Notes: generated by a model from the letters alone, not told the origin. Positions 1 through 13,385 are shown, numbered from the stretch's first letter. The stretch is DNA of 64,000 bases from Vicugna vicugna (GCA_013265495.1 MU058009.1:2993780-3057779); one strand, 5' to 3'. Numbers and translations: made by a program.

Positions 1-135
1 CCAGGGGTCAGGAAGAGCGGGTTCTAATCTGGGCTCTGTTACTGGCTAGCTGTGTGACCTTAGGCGGGTCGCTTTACCTTTCTGGGCTTCTGTTTCCCCA
101 TCTGTAAAATGACAGGGTAGATTAGATAATATCTT
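1..135 (+). mobile_element. MIR-family SINE fragment (core region)
   Basis: gggttctaatctgggctctg...ctagctgtgtgaccttagg...tgtttccccatctgtaaaatg resembles the MIR core. Confidence 0.8.
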
Positions 136-3097
136 CTCATTGTTCTGTGAATTTTTTTTGTTAGTCTGCAGCTTTTGTCACATCCTGGCCGAGAGGCACT
201 GACATTTCTGATGGATGTTGAAGAGTTGGGGGAAGTGGGAGGAGATTAAGAAACGGAGCTGTAAAAGTAACTGCCCCCACAGAGGACCCTGTGGGAGGTG
301 ACTGCGTGTGTGGTGGATGCCTGGGTGCCCCTTTATCCGCGAGCCTGGGTTTTCTCCTCTGCGCCGGGAGGCCTCCACCACCTCCCTTACTTGGAGGCGG
401 TGAGGACTGAGAGAAGTTGAACGGTGCGCTGTGCCCTGGGAAGTGTCGGGCGCCACATAAACGTGAGGAGTTGCGATCACCGCACGGAGCGGGTCCCACT
501 GGAGAGAACAAGGCAAACTGTGCCCTACCAGGCGGCCCTGTCTTCCCTGAAGATGTCTCCGTGCAAGGCGTGCTTCTCCTGCTGTCGGTCAGGGACCTGC
601 CCGCTTTGGCTTCTCCTGCCCCTTTAACAGAAACGCTGCCGTCTGAGTCTTTATTTCTTCTCATCCTTTCCCACTGGGGCAGGAAAGCACTTTGAGCTCA
701 TCCTGCCTAACGTGGGCAGCAGCGTCTCCAGGCCTTAGAATGAGCAGACCTGTCTCTCTAGGCCTGGAGCAGAGAGGCCAGGAGGCTGCGCTGGGAGCAG
801 AGGCCAGGGACTGGGGTCAGGACGATGCCGTCTTTCATGACGCCGGCAGAGCTGCAGGTCCAGAGGGAAGGGCACTGTTCCTGGGTTTTGGTGTCACCAT
901 GTTAACTGAAAGTTTGAAGAGGCCTCAGATAACAGAGTCCAGCTTCCCTCTTGGACTTAAGAGGGAGGGTCTCGCCTGAAGGCACCCGCTAGTTTAAACC
1001 AGCACGGGGAGCAGGACTCAGTCTCTGGACTGGTTCTAGCCTCCTGCTCGGGTACCCACGGATTGTTCTCTTCTTCTTTCATTGGCTCCCCAACCCTCCC
1101 CTCACCCTTGTCCTTTGGCTCCCTTTTCTGGAACCCATTTGCTTTAGCTCTCAGAATGGAAAAGTTTTCTGAATTTCTCGGGCAGGCAGGCTGCTTGGTA
1201 GGTCTGGGTGACCTCAGAGCAGCTGGGGCATGTTCTCAGGACATCAGCTCACAGAGGCATCCAGGGCACCTGCTCACTGCATCAGCCTCTTCCCAGAAAC
1301 CCTAGACGCGACAGCCAGAGAGCCGCCCACAAGGCCCAGGGCCGAGGGGTCAGAGGTATCCCTGGTGACCTGGGTTCTGTGGGGGCAGGTGCCCATCACC
1401 CTCCTCCCCCTCCCTCGCTGACGCGGAAGTGTGTGCTGGACACCCACAACACAAGTGCGGGCCAGGATCTCCCTCCCTGCATCCACCCTGTCCCACCCCT
1501 GCTGTCATGCCTCCTTAGGGGCGTTCTGTCTACTTGGCAGCCACTTCCAGAATCACCCAGATAGCACTGGCCCGAGTTCAAGTGCCCAGTTCAGCCCAGT
1601 ACCGCGTTGGCCTGTTGGAGGAACTCACCATGAGTAGATGTCACCCTCTGGCAATAGCTGACGCTGTTTATTCAGATGAGAACAATTTTCTCTCCCTTGC
1701 ACTTTCAACAAATTCGACCTCAAGGCTCCCCTGCCCCATACCGCTCTGCTGCCAAAAACAAGAAAAGGCAGGAGGAGGAGGTGCAGGGTGGGGGACCATC
1801 TGTGCTAAGTGAGCTGTCAGCCGGGCCTGGGGGCTCCGGGGTCTGGGGTGTCTCATGGCCCAAATGGGGCAGTCTGCCGCTAATGGGAAAGGGAGCTGTT
1901 TTATTTCCTAATCACTCTGAGAGATAACTGCTCAGGGCCTGTGGGAGAGGCCTCCGGAGGAGCGGCTCACCAGCCGCCTGGTGCTGTTCCTCCTCCGGGC
2001 GGGTCTGGGGACGGCGCAGCAGGGAGCCTGTCTGTCACCGCGGGCAGGGCCTCAGGGCCGTGTCTGTGATGTGTGGTGTCAAAACGCACACGTCGGGATC
2101 CAGTGTGCAGGCACACCCTCGCTCGAGCACGGCTCCCTGTTGTTCTGTGACCCTCTGGGACAGTGACTACCCTCGGCGGCGGGGGTCGGGGGGGGGCTGC
2201 TGGCTCATCGCCCTCCCCACGAGGAGAGGTCTGCAGCGTCACTTTCTTCGGCCTTCCGTGGTCGGGAGCTTCTTGTGAAAAGACAAGTGTGCGTTGCGGG
2301 ATGCTCTGACCTGGCCACTCTGGGCGTTGAGGCCACATGGGGCGCAGGTCTGGGAAGCTGGGCTCATTCCATCCTGGGACATGATAGCTTGGGATCCAAT
2401 CAGGTTTGGGGGGCTGGAGGGAAGGGCGGTGAGCACGTTCCTGCAGATCCAGAGGCAGCAGGAAAGCCAACATCACTGTCATCTGAACACAGTTAATTTT
2501 TCCCAGCTTGGTATCCGAGGCCCGTGGCTCTCTCCCCACCAGCCTTCCCGACCTCGTAGCCTTCTCCTGGTCCTGCTCCCAGGCCTCATCCAGATCCATC
2601 ACCCCCGAATGTCCCTGCTGTCTCTGCTCCTCCTGCCTCCACTGTCCTGTCCTTGTGTCCAAACCACACGCATCACTGAGACCTCGACTGAATCTTCCCT
2701 GACTCCTTTGAATGTCCCCCTGAGACTGTTCCTGCTTCCTCAGAGCCTCCTGTATCCCTCCCTATAGCACCTGGCGTAGGTCTGTCATCTGCTCATGAGC
2801 AGTCCCGCTCCTCTCCCTGGACTGAGCACCCTGAAGGAGAGCTTTCCTGTTTCCTCATTGCTGTGTCTCCAGACGGGCTCGCGCGGGGCCCTGGGAGTAG
2901 GTGTGAAATAATTGCCTATAGGAATGAGCCATCCTGAGGCATGAGGCGTGCAGCACGTGTGCACGGAGCGCCGGAAAGCTGGAGTCCAGCACCAGAAAGC
3001 AAGGGCAGCTCTTTGTGTCCTGGGCTCTGGGGTGGAGGGGGGAGGGCAACACAGAAAGGAAAAGGCTTCTGCCCTCCAAGTCACGGTTAGAAATACC

Positions 3098-3220
3098 ACA
3101 TTTCAGAGCTGGAAGAGGGCTTAAAGATAATCTAGTCCAAGCTCTTATTTTATAGAATAAGAGACTGAGGTTCCAAGGGGTGACTCGCGGGTAGTCATAC
3201 AAGCAGTTACTGGCACATAC
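3098..3220 (-). mobile_element. MIR (MIR3/MIRc-like) fragment
   Basis: agagctggaagagggcttaaagataatctagtccaa...ttttatagaataagagactgagg resembles reverse MIR. Confidence 0.65.
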
Positions 3221-4316
3221 AGTGAGATCTGCTCACTCTGGTCACCTTTTCTTTGCGGTTGTCGGAGAAGGCCTTCTACCAGTGCTCCTGTGGTTTCCAG
3301 GGATGGTTCTGGATTCCCCTGTGTTGCCTTGTCTCACCTACCATGTTCTAGTTTGAAAATCCCGGGTAGCCTGCTCAGTCCTGGAGGGGAGCCAACTTAG
3401 ATACAAAGCACCACTTTCTGTGAACCTCCTAGCTCTGCCTCCTGGGGGGTGACTTTGCAATGGATTTTAGATTGTAGTTGATGGGAAAAAAAAAAAGAAA
3501 AAGGAAATTAAAAATAAATGAGAACAACATGCAAAAACATGGAAGGATGGATCTGGGAGCTGGGACCCTGGGCTCTAAAAGGAGAAAGATCTTCCCGTGA
3601 GAAAGTCATCTACACGCTTCCAATGAGGCTCTTGTAGGGACAGGGACTCCTGTGTCCCCAGACTCCCTCCACTAAGTGAAGGGGAAGGTTCTGGACTGGA
3701 GCTTTCTCCAGATGTGGGGCTGATAGACTTGGGCTCAGGCTCAGGCCCTGGTGAACAGGGCATCTCGGAACAGCCAGCAAGTCCTCGGAACTTCTTTTGC
3801 AACTAGATTTGAAAACCAGTCGGGGTGAAAGGGAGAGATGTGGTCTCGTCCTTCCTCCTAACTCTGTGACCTCCGTGAACCTCCCGAGCTCTGAAAAGAA
3901 GTGATTTCTAACCATCTCTTCCTTGTCCAGGGAGAAAATGAGACAAACAGGGTCAGGAGGAGGGCAGCCCAGCCAGGCGGGCGTCCCAGCTGGGGATGTT
4001 CCAGCAGAGGCCGGGCACAAGCCTGATGGGCGCCCCGCTCCATGCGGGCCCAGGCCAGCTCAGGTTTTCTCCTCATCTGCTGTCAGGTGAAGGGAAGTGG
4101 AAGGCCTGGGGTCGTCCTTCGTGCTGCCCTAGCCTCAGCGCTCTGCCTTTCCCTGAAAAATGTTTATTGTATTATTTGACCCAAGAGAACATCCTTTTAA
4201 GAGACTCTGAAACCCCGAGCAAGTCCTTTATCCTGCAAACCGGGACCTTCCTTGAGGTCCTCAGCCTGAGGAGTCAGGGCTGGCTGGAGGGTCCAGGGGC
4301 AGTCCCCCTTGAGCTG

Positions 4317-4361
4317 CAGGCGTGAGCTAAGGCTTCCAGGCGTGAGCTAAGGCTTCCAGGC
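4317..4361. repeat. Perfect 20-bp tandem duplication
   Basis: cgtgagctaaggcttccagg at 4321-4340 and 4341-4360, preceded by cagg. Confidence 0.95.
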
Positions 4362-5769
4362 AGGGGGCAAGAGATTTGGATTTGCCGTGTCCCCACGTGG
4401 CTTTTGGCTGCAGGGCTCAGGGACGCCGAGTGCCAGGAGGAACTCTCTTCCGCGACCTGGCTGGCCCCGGGCCTGCTGGCCCCATCCGAGCAGCCACAGC
4501 CCGGGGACCACAGGAGTGGTCGGATGTTGTGGGTTGTGGTGTGCGTGCTGTCGCATCAGAAGTATCACCCGCAGGGGGGTGGTTTTCAAAGCTTCTCCAT
4601 GGCATGAGCCGCCTCGGGTTTTGTCTTGCTCTGCCCACGTTTTCTCAGCGTCACCAGCATTTACCCCCCACCTCTCTGCGCTCAGAAAAGAAACCCTTAG
4701 GCCTGTTAGCCATTTGAGGTGGGACAGGATTCCCAGGATACCTGAGATTCAGAGCTCAGCAGAAGGAGTGGATGGAGGAGGAGGCCTCAAGCCTTTTGTT
4801 CCTTTGTGCCCTCAGACACTGAAGAAACTGTGTCCTGATTTTTCCAATTGCTGTGACACACAGTTTTTGTTTTGAGTGTGTGTTTACTGCGGGCTCTGAA
4901 TCCTTTGCCTGGATTTCTGCAGGTTGGCTGCGGAAACCAAAGCCCAGGGAATTTAGTGCTACTATTTCCGGAGTCTGCTAGAGACAAGGGCATGGGTTCT
5001 GACCTCACAGAACATCGAGAGACCCCTCTCACTGTTTCTTGAATCCTCTTTTGTTCCTGGGGAGAATGAGACTGGCTATTTTCTTGAAGATCTCTACATA
5101 TCCAGGAAGAGAAACACGCAGGCTGGATTTCTGCAGGGCTTCAGAAGGCCAAACCGGGCACAAGAAAACTTAGCTGGATCCAGTGCTGGCAAGGCCAGTG
5201 GGCTGCTGGGTGTCGCTGGAACCAGGCTAGCTGGAGTCCCTTGAGATTGTCCTGAGGGCATCGTGTCCCCAGATTCCATCTTTCACCTCGCCCGAGGGGG
5301 TGTGGCTTGGCAGTAAGGGGCAGTTTTCCAGGGGTGAAGTTTCCCCTTCATTTTCCCCTTTCTCTCCCCTCAACTTTAAACCTTGTCTCTACTCCACTGA
5401 TTTCTCCAGGTTTTCCATTTTGGAAACCAGAACCTATTAAGAATAAGGAAACAAAACCTCTGCTGGTTGTCATGTGTGCTTCCAGAAATAGTGCTCAACT
5501 CCTATTTAAGACCTTAAAGTCAGAATTTCCAAGGAAGCGTCTGAGGTGGGTTCCAGGCCGGGAGGTGACTTGCAGTGGGCGGCCTGGCTCGACCCCACCT
5601 ATGGACCACATGTTCCTTGTGTAGTTGAACTGCCTCTTTCCCTGGGTCCCTCTGGCTAGTCTGCCACTCAGCAGCCCCGAGAGGATGCAGAGAAAGACTT
5701 GGCTCTCAACCCACCCAGAGTTGAGCCACCACAGCTGACTGCAAGCAAGTAAGGGATCTGGTGTCGCCC

Positions 5770-5980
5770 TGAGGTTAAGAGCAAGAACTCTGCACACAGC
5801 CCCACCTCTGTGCCTCCCTGCTGTGTGACCCCGGGCAAGTTTGCATTGTCTCCAGGCCTCTAAGTCCTCAGACATGAATGGGGGTGAGAATAAAACTGCC
5901 TTATAAGGTTGCTGTAATGATTAAATAGCAGCCAGAAGATCCTTAGCAGGGTCCTGGCCTAGAGCAAGCACTCAGGACCT
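5770..5980 (+). mobile_element. MIR SINE, near full length, diverged
   Basis: ggttaagagcaagaactctg...ctgtgtgaccccgggcaagtt...ataaggttgctgtaatgattaaat...gcaagcactcag follows MIR order. Confidence 0.75.
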
Positions 5981-8389
5981 GGTCGCTATCAGCAGGTGTC
6001 AGTTTACCCAGACGCGTACAAGTCTCTCAGTGTGACCGGCAAGGGCTGGCTGGCTTGTCTGGGTCGCCCTCTAGGCTGTGCACCTCCTGTTCTGTTTGGT
6101 GCGTTTCCAGGGTCTAGCCCCATGCCTGGGACCTAGGAGATTCTTTGTGTTTGTTGAGTAAATTAATAAGTGAACTGATTCAGGTGGTGGGGAGGAAGGC
6201 CACTGATAGGGTGAATGTCTGACTGCTTCTTTGGAGAGGGACCGTCACCGTGACCTGCCCAGGCCCCCTGCTCTGACTTGCTTAGGGTCTCCAGCAGCTG
6301 GAGGAGTTGCCGAGGCCGAGAATCCCCCTGGGAACGGGGGTCTCAGGAAGCCACGCCGTGTCTGTTCTGCCCTGAGCCCAGGAAGGCCCTACGGCTGCAT
6401 TGAGGACACCCCAGGCCCCTCATTTCCCACCAATCTAGGGGGGGGTCACTGTCCACATTAAAGTCTCTGGGTGGTGCCGGCGGAGCCATGCCCCCTGTGG
6501 CCGAGGGGCTTCTGTGGCTGCCCTGGATGCCGCCAGTGCTGAGAAGAACAGAGATTCCTTGACACTAGGACTCGCCTTTCAAAGGATGGTCCACTTTCAA
6601 TGACCAGGAAGAAACGAAAGCGGTTGGATGAGTAAGGGAAGTGACATCTCTCCCCTGGAGACGGTGCTGCAGAGGCGCGGGGGGGGGGGGAGGTGCCGGG
6701 TCCTGGAACTGGTTTCCGGGGTCCTGAGACCCATCCGCGTACAACTCTTCCCGACTCCATGGCGAGAGCGGTTACACCACGGGAAGCAGCACGTGCTCCC
6801 AACCCGGGCTCGCCTCCTCCCCTCCAGAGAGCTGGTCGTTGAACACGCGCAGTGAGCCACTGATTTGGGCAGAAGGCTCTAGACGTCCCTGAGCAGCAGG
6901 AGAGAGGATGGGGAGGAGGAGGGGGTGTTCCCAGCGCCCGTGCGAACACCACCGGGATACGGACCTCCGCTTGCTGCGTGCAGTTTGCAGAGTGCTCGCA
7001 GGCCCGGGCTGCTGAGGGTTGTCTGTTTCCAGCTTGAGCGCTCCGACAGCACAGCACTGTGGCAACAGCTCTTCCTGGGGCCAGCCCTGCTTTGACGGAG
7101 GGAGGTCGCCTTGGGCAGGAAGACCTTGGATTTTCCCAGGAAGCAAAGCAGGTGGAGGAGAAAGCGGTGGGGCCGCCGGGAGCAGCAGCCCCGCCCTGGG
7201 CGGTCCCACAGTGGCCCTGGTCCTCGCTGTGTGTCTGCTTTGTGCAGCTGCCTGCCACCTTTCCCCCTTCCGGTGCTTGGAGCGCGGCCCGGTAGAGTAG
7301 ACCCAGGCGATCATTTAAATTTCAGCCGGCAGCGTCTAACATGAGGTGGATGCACTAAAAAGAAAGAAAACTGCCTCGTGTAAGTGCAGGGTTGGGGTGC
7401 GCTCTGCACTACCTGCTGTGCACGTATGATCTCACTGAAGCCTCAGAACCCCATGGAGTGACCTGACTCTAGCCCATCGTGGCCAAGAGGCCCTGAGACA
7501 CAGGGACACACCCCCGGGAAGTGACAGACCCGCGATGCCGTCACAGCCCCTCTTTTTAGCTGCAGTGCTAAATACTTGGTTGGGATCTGAGCACATATCA
7601 GGGAGAGGAAAGAGGCAGTGACAGCGGGACTGGTGTAGCCTGTGACGTCTGACTGGCCCTGGCTGCGAGGCTTCGTCTTGTCCTGGGGACTCTGACGCCC
7701 TCTGGCACAGTCAGCCCCCGTGAAACACCCGGTTCTGCCCGCGAGGGATTCAAAGAGCACCCTCTGGCTCTGTGCTCCGGCCCCCCGCTCCCCTCTTCCC
7801 TCTCCTCTTCCCTCTCCTCTTCATTTGGTCATCCAGCCACTCACGGAAGCCAGCTTATTCCTGGGAAAGGTGCACCCTGTGTGTGCGTGTATGTGTGTGC
7901 GTGTGTGTGTGCGTGTGTAACAACGAGAAACCCAATTCCTAAGCCACATGTCTCACTTTGCTGCTTGTTAGTTTTAACAAGGCAGCTGGAGGTTTGGGCT
8001 GAGAGCTTGCTTTTTCACTAACTGCAAGCTGCTCCTCCCCATGGGCTTCCTGTCTGTAGTTTAGGGCGTAAAGAGCCGTGGTAGGGGCAGCCCTGAATCA
8101 TCTCAGACTAACAGGAGCCGCTTACAAGACCTGGGCAAAGGGAGCCTCACGCTGGGCCCACCTTGGTCCTTCAAAATAAGACCCTTTTCTAAAGCACCTT
8201 GGTTATGGGCCGGGGCTTTGCTCAGCACAGGAGACACAGCAGAAGTGTAGATGAGGAAGGACCCCAAGGAGCAGCAGCCCGGCAGTGGGGACTGGGCGTG
8301 CCCAGGGAGCCACTGCAGGCTGTGCCAGGCGCTCCAGCAGGGGCCAGGGCTGTGGCTGGAGCGCAGAGGAAACAGCACATTCTGGGTCT

Positions 8390-9300
8390 GCCATCATCAT
8401 GGAGGAAGTCAGCTTTGAACTGGCCTTTGAGGGGCAGGCAGGTGCTTTTATTTGTTGTTTTAGTTTTGTTTTTTGCAGTTAGGGAACAGCCTGTTGAGCG
8501 AAGGCCCAGAGGTGAGCAGTTGTGGGAGCAGTGACTTCCGGGGAGAGGGACAGAGAGTGCATTTGAAGGTGAAGGCGAGATGACAGAGGCCCTGGCAGCC
8601 AGGTCGTGGGGACCACGTGAGGTCATGTAAGGAGTTTTTAGGCAAATGCTGGTGACTGTGGGCTGTCAGTGTTGGAGGGAACTGTGCTCTAGAAAGATAC
8701 CTGGTAAGTGGTCCTGAGGGTCCTGAGGGTCACGTGAGGGGAAGAAGTGCAGTGGGAAAGGCGAGGAGGGACTGGGGGCAGGAGCCCGCCTGGGGAGACC
8801 AGGAGTTGCTGAAGGTGACCCTGAGCTTTTGAACTTGGGTGATTTTTAGGACATTAACAGACAACAGAGATGAGGAACCAAGGAGGGCAGGGGAGGGGAC
8901 TTTCTGAGGTTGAATTTGAGGCGTTGGTGAAGCACTGAAGTGAAAAGATCCATCTGTCAGCTACAAATGCGGGCTGAGGTAGAAAGAGCACAAGGTCGGG
9001 GTCCCAGCTTCGGATTTCTCCGCATGGAGGTGAAGCAGAAATTCTGAAAGAGGAAGACAGTCTTAGAAGGTAACACAAATGGCATGATTAGAGTGAGGAA
9101 TGGACTCAGCAGAGTTCAGGGCTCCAAAGCCAAGGAGAGGAGAGCCTTTGAGGAAGGATAAGAGCTAAGGGCTGCGGGCAGGTAGGAGGGGGTGAGAGGT
9201 GGGAAGAGACAGCTTTGCCATTAGGAAGACGCTGCTGACATCCCTGGGAGAGAGGATTCAGGACGGTGGCAGCCTCAGAAGTCAAGTTAAGACAAGTCAA
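8390..9300 (-). mobile_element. Degraded L2 LINE fragments
   Basis: L2-like phrases (ggaggaagtcagctttgaactggcctttga; gttgaatttgaggcg); boundaries uncertain. Confidence 0.4.
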
Positions 9301-9719
9301 GGCACGGGTGGAAGTTCCGAGACGCTGCCCCTGAACATTCCTGTATTAATGCATCTGTCGTCAGCCCACGGGGGTCCTGTTGTAGTCCAGGCACTGATGC
9401 GAGTCGGACGGCGGGGAGCAAACGAGGTAGCGATGTTTTCAATGAGTGTGACTCCAAAGAGCACATGGGGAGGCGCGCTGGGGGAGGGTGAATAACCGTT
9501 TCCAATCAGCGCTGGGGTCTAGCTAGAAATGGAGACAATCAGTGTGGACGGCGTCAGATCCCATGGCGCTAGACACAGGTGCATTTTGTTTCAGACTCCT
9601 TTTTCTGTGTGGATGACCAATGGAAACCAAAGCAGGTTGTCAGAAAATATTCACTGGTCACTACCAGAGGGAGAAGGCTTTGTTGGAAACAAACCTGATT
9701 ACTTCCTTCCTTTAATGAT

Positions 9720-10079
9720 GCCATATGATATCACTCAAATGTGGAATCTGAAAAAAAAGGACACAAATGAACTGATTTATAAAACAGAGACAGACTCATA
9801 GACATGGAAAACAAACTTATGGTTATGGGGCGGGGGGTGGGGGTTGGGAAGAATAAACAGGGAGTTTGGGATTTGCTTGGGATTTGCAAATACAAACTAC
9901 TATATAGAGAATAGTAAACAACAAGGTCCCACTGTACAGCACAGGAAACTATATCCAATACCTTGTAATGGCCTATAATGAAAAAGAATAGGAAGGGTGT
10001 ATATATGTACTTGAATCACTATGCTGTACACCAGAAGTTAACACAACACTAAATCGACTATACTTCAGTTGAAAAAAAG
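9720..10079 (+). mobile_element. L1 3' end (ORF2 terminus plus 3'UTR), 5'-truncated
   Basis: ccatatgatatcactcaaatgtggaatctg...cagactcatagac...gaatcactatgctgtacaccagaa...ctatacttca followed by an A tail. Confidence 0.9.
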
Positions 10080-10759
10080 ACGGAGCATTTATGCACGTGG
10101 GCAGAGGGGCCGTGAGGCTTTCCAGGCGGGAGGAGCAGAACTAACAGGGGTGTGGCGCTGGAGTGTTAGCGCGGGTCCCGGGGGTGAGCAGGACAGCCTG
10201 CACAGGGCAGAAGCTCCCCGTTTGTGTGGGGATGTCCTGGAGGATAAGGCGGGGAGGGAAGGCTTTTGTGCTGGAGCAGGGCCCTGGCTGCTCACCCACC
10301 CGAGCTCCACCCCCGCTTCCCACCTGCTTTGAGGCAGTTTCCACTGCTTCCTGGCCCCTTCCATCATTCTTCCTGTGACGGCTGGGGCTGCATTCCTGCA
10401 CGCATATCAGATTGCACGTTGTAATATGATGTTTGGATACTGTACGTGGCCGTGCTCTTACTTAAAACATCTGGCTCACCTCTGCATAGACCTGTCTGCC
10501 CTCAAGTGCCTGGCACCCCCACGTTTACAGGAGGCCCTCGACCAATTCACATATTTATGACTCCACCCCGGTTCTCACTCAGAAACGCCCAGTCACCAGT
10601 ATCCCTCAGCGAAAACTCATAAATCCCTGTAATGTTAGGGCTGGATGGGGTGTTCAGAGCTCAAAGCTCCTGGTTGCACAGATAATGCAACCAGGACTCA
10701 CAGCGGGTGGTTGTTGATCCGAGCCCATGCTGCCAACTTGCTTGGTCATCATTCATTTG

Positions 10760-11340
10760 CCCTTTTGTTCGTTTATTTAGTAAAACGTTGAAGAAGTGCC
10801 TCTAAAGGCCACATGCTGAAGCCTCTGTGAACAAAACATGAGAAACAGACACGAGGAACTCACATTCTGGTGGGACAGACACAGGAAGGGCTAATTGCAG
10901 CCCATGATAATCACCATCATCGTGGAATGAGCCGAGCCTGGTGGAGGAAGGGCTTAGCTTGTTCTTGGCGAGTCAGTGAAGACTTCCCAGAATGGGTGTC
11001 TTTAGAACAGGGCCTTGAGAGATGAGGAAGGGGCTACCAGGCAGAGATGAAACAAGGATATTCCAAGCAGGGGGAGAACAAAACCAACCAAGAACCAGGA
11101 AGGGGTGGGGAGGCCGGGGAGTAAGAGGGTGCAGTGTGGCTGGAGGGATGGGAGACACAGACACAGAGGAAGGTGGGGTCCGGTTATGAAGGGCAGGGAT
11201 GTCCTGCGAAGGCAACTTTGAGTTGATGGAGGTCTTCCATCAGGAAATGACCTGATCTGGTTTTTTTTCTTTAGTACAACATCTCTGATAATGTGGGAGA
11301 TGACGTGGCGTATGAGGCCAATGGCAGAGAACTCCTAAGA
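10760..11340 (-). mobile_element. L2 LINE 3' fragment
   Basis: Reverse L2 3'-end pattern (tttatttagtaaaacgttgaag...gaactcacattctggtggg...gaagacttcccag...gacctgatctg). Confidence 0.55.
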
Positions 11341-11759
11341 GGATTGATACTTAAATCCTGATGTGGTCCTGAATTTATCTGGTGGTAACAGATTTGCAGA
11401 GGGTGGACCTGACTTGGAAGATTAGTCTAAGTAGAAAGGGCAGGAGTTGGTAACCAGGGGATCTGGGGGATGAGAAGGAAGAAGGGAGGGTGACTGAAGG
11501 TTTAGCTTGATGGGCTGGTCACTCGTGATGGAGGATGCCCTTAGCTGGAGGAGAGCAAGTCGGGAGAAGAGGGCTGTGACTGAGCTGGTTACAGTCCTTC
11601 CAGGAGAAGAGGGGCAGCAGGGGCGAGGGGTGGGGGGCTGGAAATTTGGGTCTTGACCTTTAGATCCGGGTGGCATCACATCACAAGGAGATGTGTCAGG
11701 GCTGTAACCCAGAGTGAAATGGACCGATTCCCAGTTTGGGAGCTGATCCTGATCCACGG

Positions 11760-11981
11760 CTGGAGTCCTGAGGTGCCATCAGTCCTGGGAAATGACTTGA
11801 AACGTCCTCCCTTCTTGTCTCTGGATCCCAGGTCTTGTCTGAGTCTGACAGAGAGAAGGGAATGACCACACGGCCCCTCTCTCTCCAGTCAACACCACAG
11901 AATCTTTGTTGTGTTTCTTTTCTTTCTTTTTTTCCCTTTTTCAAGTCACTTCCCAGGACTGATGGCACCTCAGGACTCCAG
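11760..11981. repeat. 43-bp inverted repeat (42/43 match) with 136-bp spacer
   Basis: 11760-11802 ctggagtcctgaggtgccatcagtcctgggaaatgacttgaaa is the reverse complement of 11939-11981 except at 11792/11949. Confidence 0.95.
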
Positions 11982-12089
11982 GGGAGAGCCTGTCAGATGG
12001 AGTTTATTTGTTTAATGAAAAGAACTTAATAATTTGGTTTTGTTTCCCTGGTTCTTTATTTTTCTTTCTCCCTCCCTCTCCTTCCCTGG

Positions 12090-12460
12090 GCTTCGCAGGG
12101 CGGGAAATGGGTCAGCAGCTTGGCCAAAACATTCTTAGCATTTAATTCTTCAGCTGTTTTACAAGCCTGCCTGGTTTATGTAGCTAATCTCTCTTGTGCT
12201 TGTCCCTGGAGGGGTGCGGGGTGTGTGTGTGTGTGTGCGCGCGCGCTGGCGGGTGTGGGAGGGCGGGGGTGGCCGTGGGCAAGGGCTCGGTCCAGTCCAG
12301 AGGACCGAGAGCGCCGTGGTCTGGAGGGCCTGCCTGTGCCCCGCTGGCCTTTCACCGGGTCTGTGTTCCTGCGCACACGCTCCCGTGCCTTCTGGTTCGG
12401 TCTGGGGAGCGGGCTGGGGAGTGGGCTGGGGTGGTTTGTCTCAAGGTTTGCTGTGAGGTC
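12090..12460. promoter_or_regulatory. GC/CpG-rich candidate promoter or enhancer with GC boxes, a (GT)n(GC)n tract and G4 motifs
   Basis: gggcggg boxes; alternating purine-pyrimidine tract 12221-12246; G-run clusters 12251-12269 and 12404-12431. Confidence 0.45.
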
Positions 12461-12989
12461 TTGAGAGGCCTGATTCCAGGGTCGGCCATCCGTGGGCATG
12501 TCTGTGTCCAGAGGGGCTGCATTTTTACCTGGAACCGACAGTGAACAGCTACCTGCTTAGGCACGAAGGTCACCTCCGGGCTGCCTCTCCTTCTTCCTGA
12601 GAAACGCACTGGCTACGGAGGGATTTCACGCACTCCCTCCCACCCTTCTCTGGGAGAACTGTAACCAGTTCTCAAACGCAGTATCGTCTGTATTCCTCCG
12701 TCCCGTGACACCTCTCCCAACCGGGCTAAATATTAATAAAGTATTAATTACTTTTTGAAAAGGACTCCCAGCCAAGGAGTGGAGGGCAGGGCGCGCAGCA
12801 GGGGGACGGCCTGGGAACCAGGGAAATGCGGGTGGTGGCAGCGTCTCCGCTGCAGCAGGCCTGCGTCTCTCTGGCAGAACATGGGATGAGTCCGTGACGC
12901 TGAAGTTTCCCAGATGTCTTGGGCTTCATCTTAGGAAAGTATGTACGTTCCTGATGGACGGACAGTGGGAAAAGCACGGTTTGTGATGC

Positions 12990-13385
12990 TCGTTACGTGC
13001 TGGGTCTTGTGTGAAGGCTCAACTGCATCATCTCACCAAACGTGACAGATCCTTGAGAAACAGGCATCACTATTATTCACGTTGTGCAGATGAAGAGACT
13101 GAGGGTCAGAGGGGCAGATGATGTGTCCAGGGTGGTCCTGCTGAGACTCCCGGGGCCCCACGCTGTGGCACCGTGTGACTTTTATGGCGTTTTCTCATAC
13201 GCTCACGTATCAGATTCCCCTCCACAAAAATGTGTGGCCAAGCTACGTATGACCATCCCCATTTGACAAATGAAGAAACCGTGGCTACGAAAGGTTAAGC
13301 GACTTGGCCAGAACCCCAGGGCTCATTAGCAGTAGAAGCACTTAGAGCTTGATCTCCGGGTCCTCGGTCCAGACTTTCCCCAGCT
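12990..13385 (-). mobile_element. Two MIR fragments
   Basis: gcagatgaagagactgagggtcagagggg (~13090) and ccccatttgacaaatgaagaaac...aggttaagcgacttggcc (~13260). Confidence 0.7.

Noticed and set aside
1967..2767. Overlapping 231-aa and 157-aa ORFs
   Set aside because: No recognisable homology or exon structure; open frames are explained by local GC richness.
6458..7258. Longest ORF (266 aa, minus strand)
   Set aside because: Pro/Gly/Ala/Arg-rich, no recognisable domain, and overlapping ORFs in several frames; expected by chance in GC-rich DNA.
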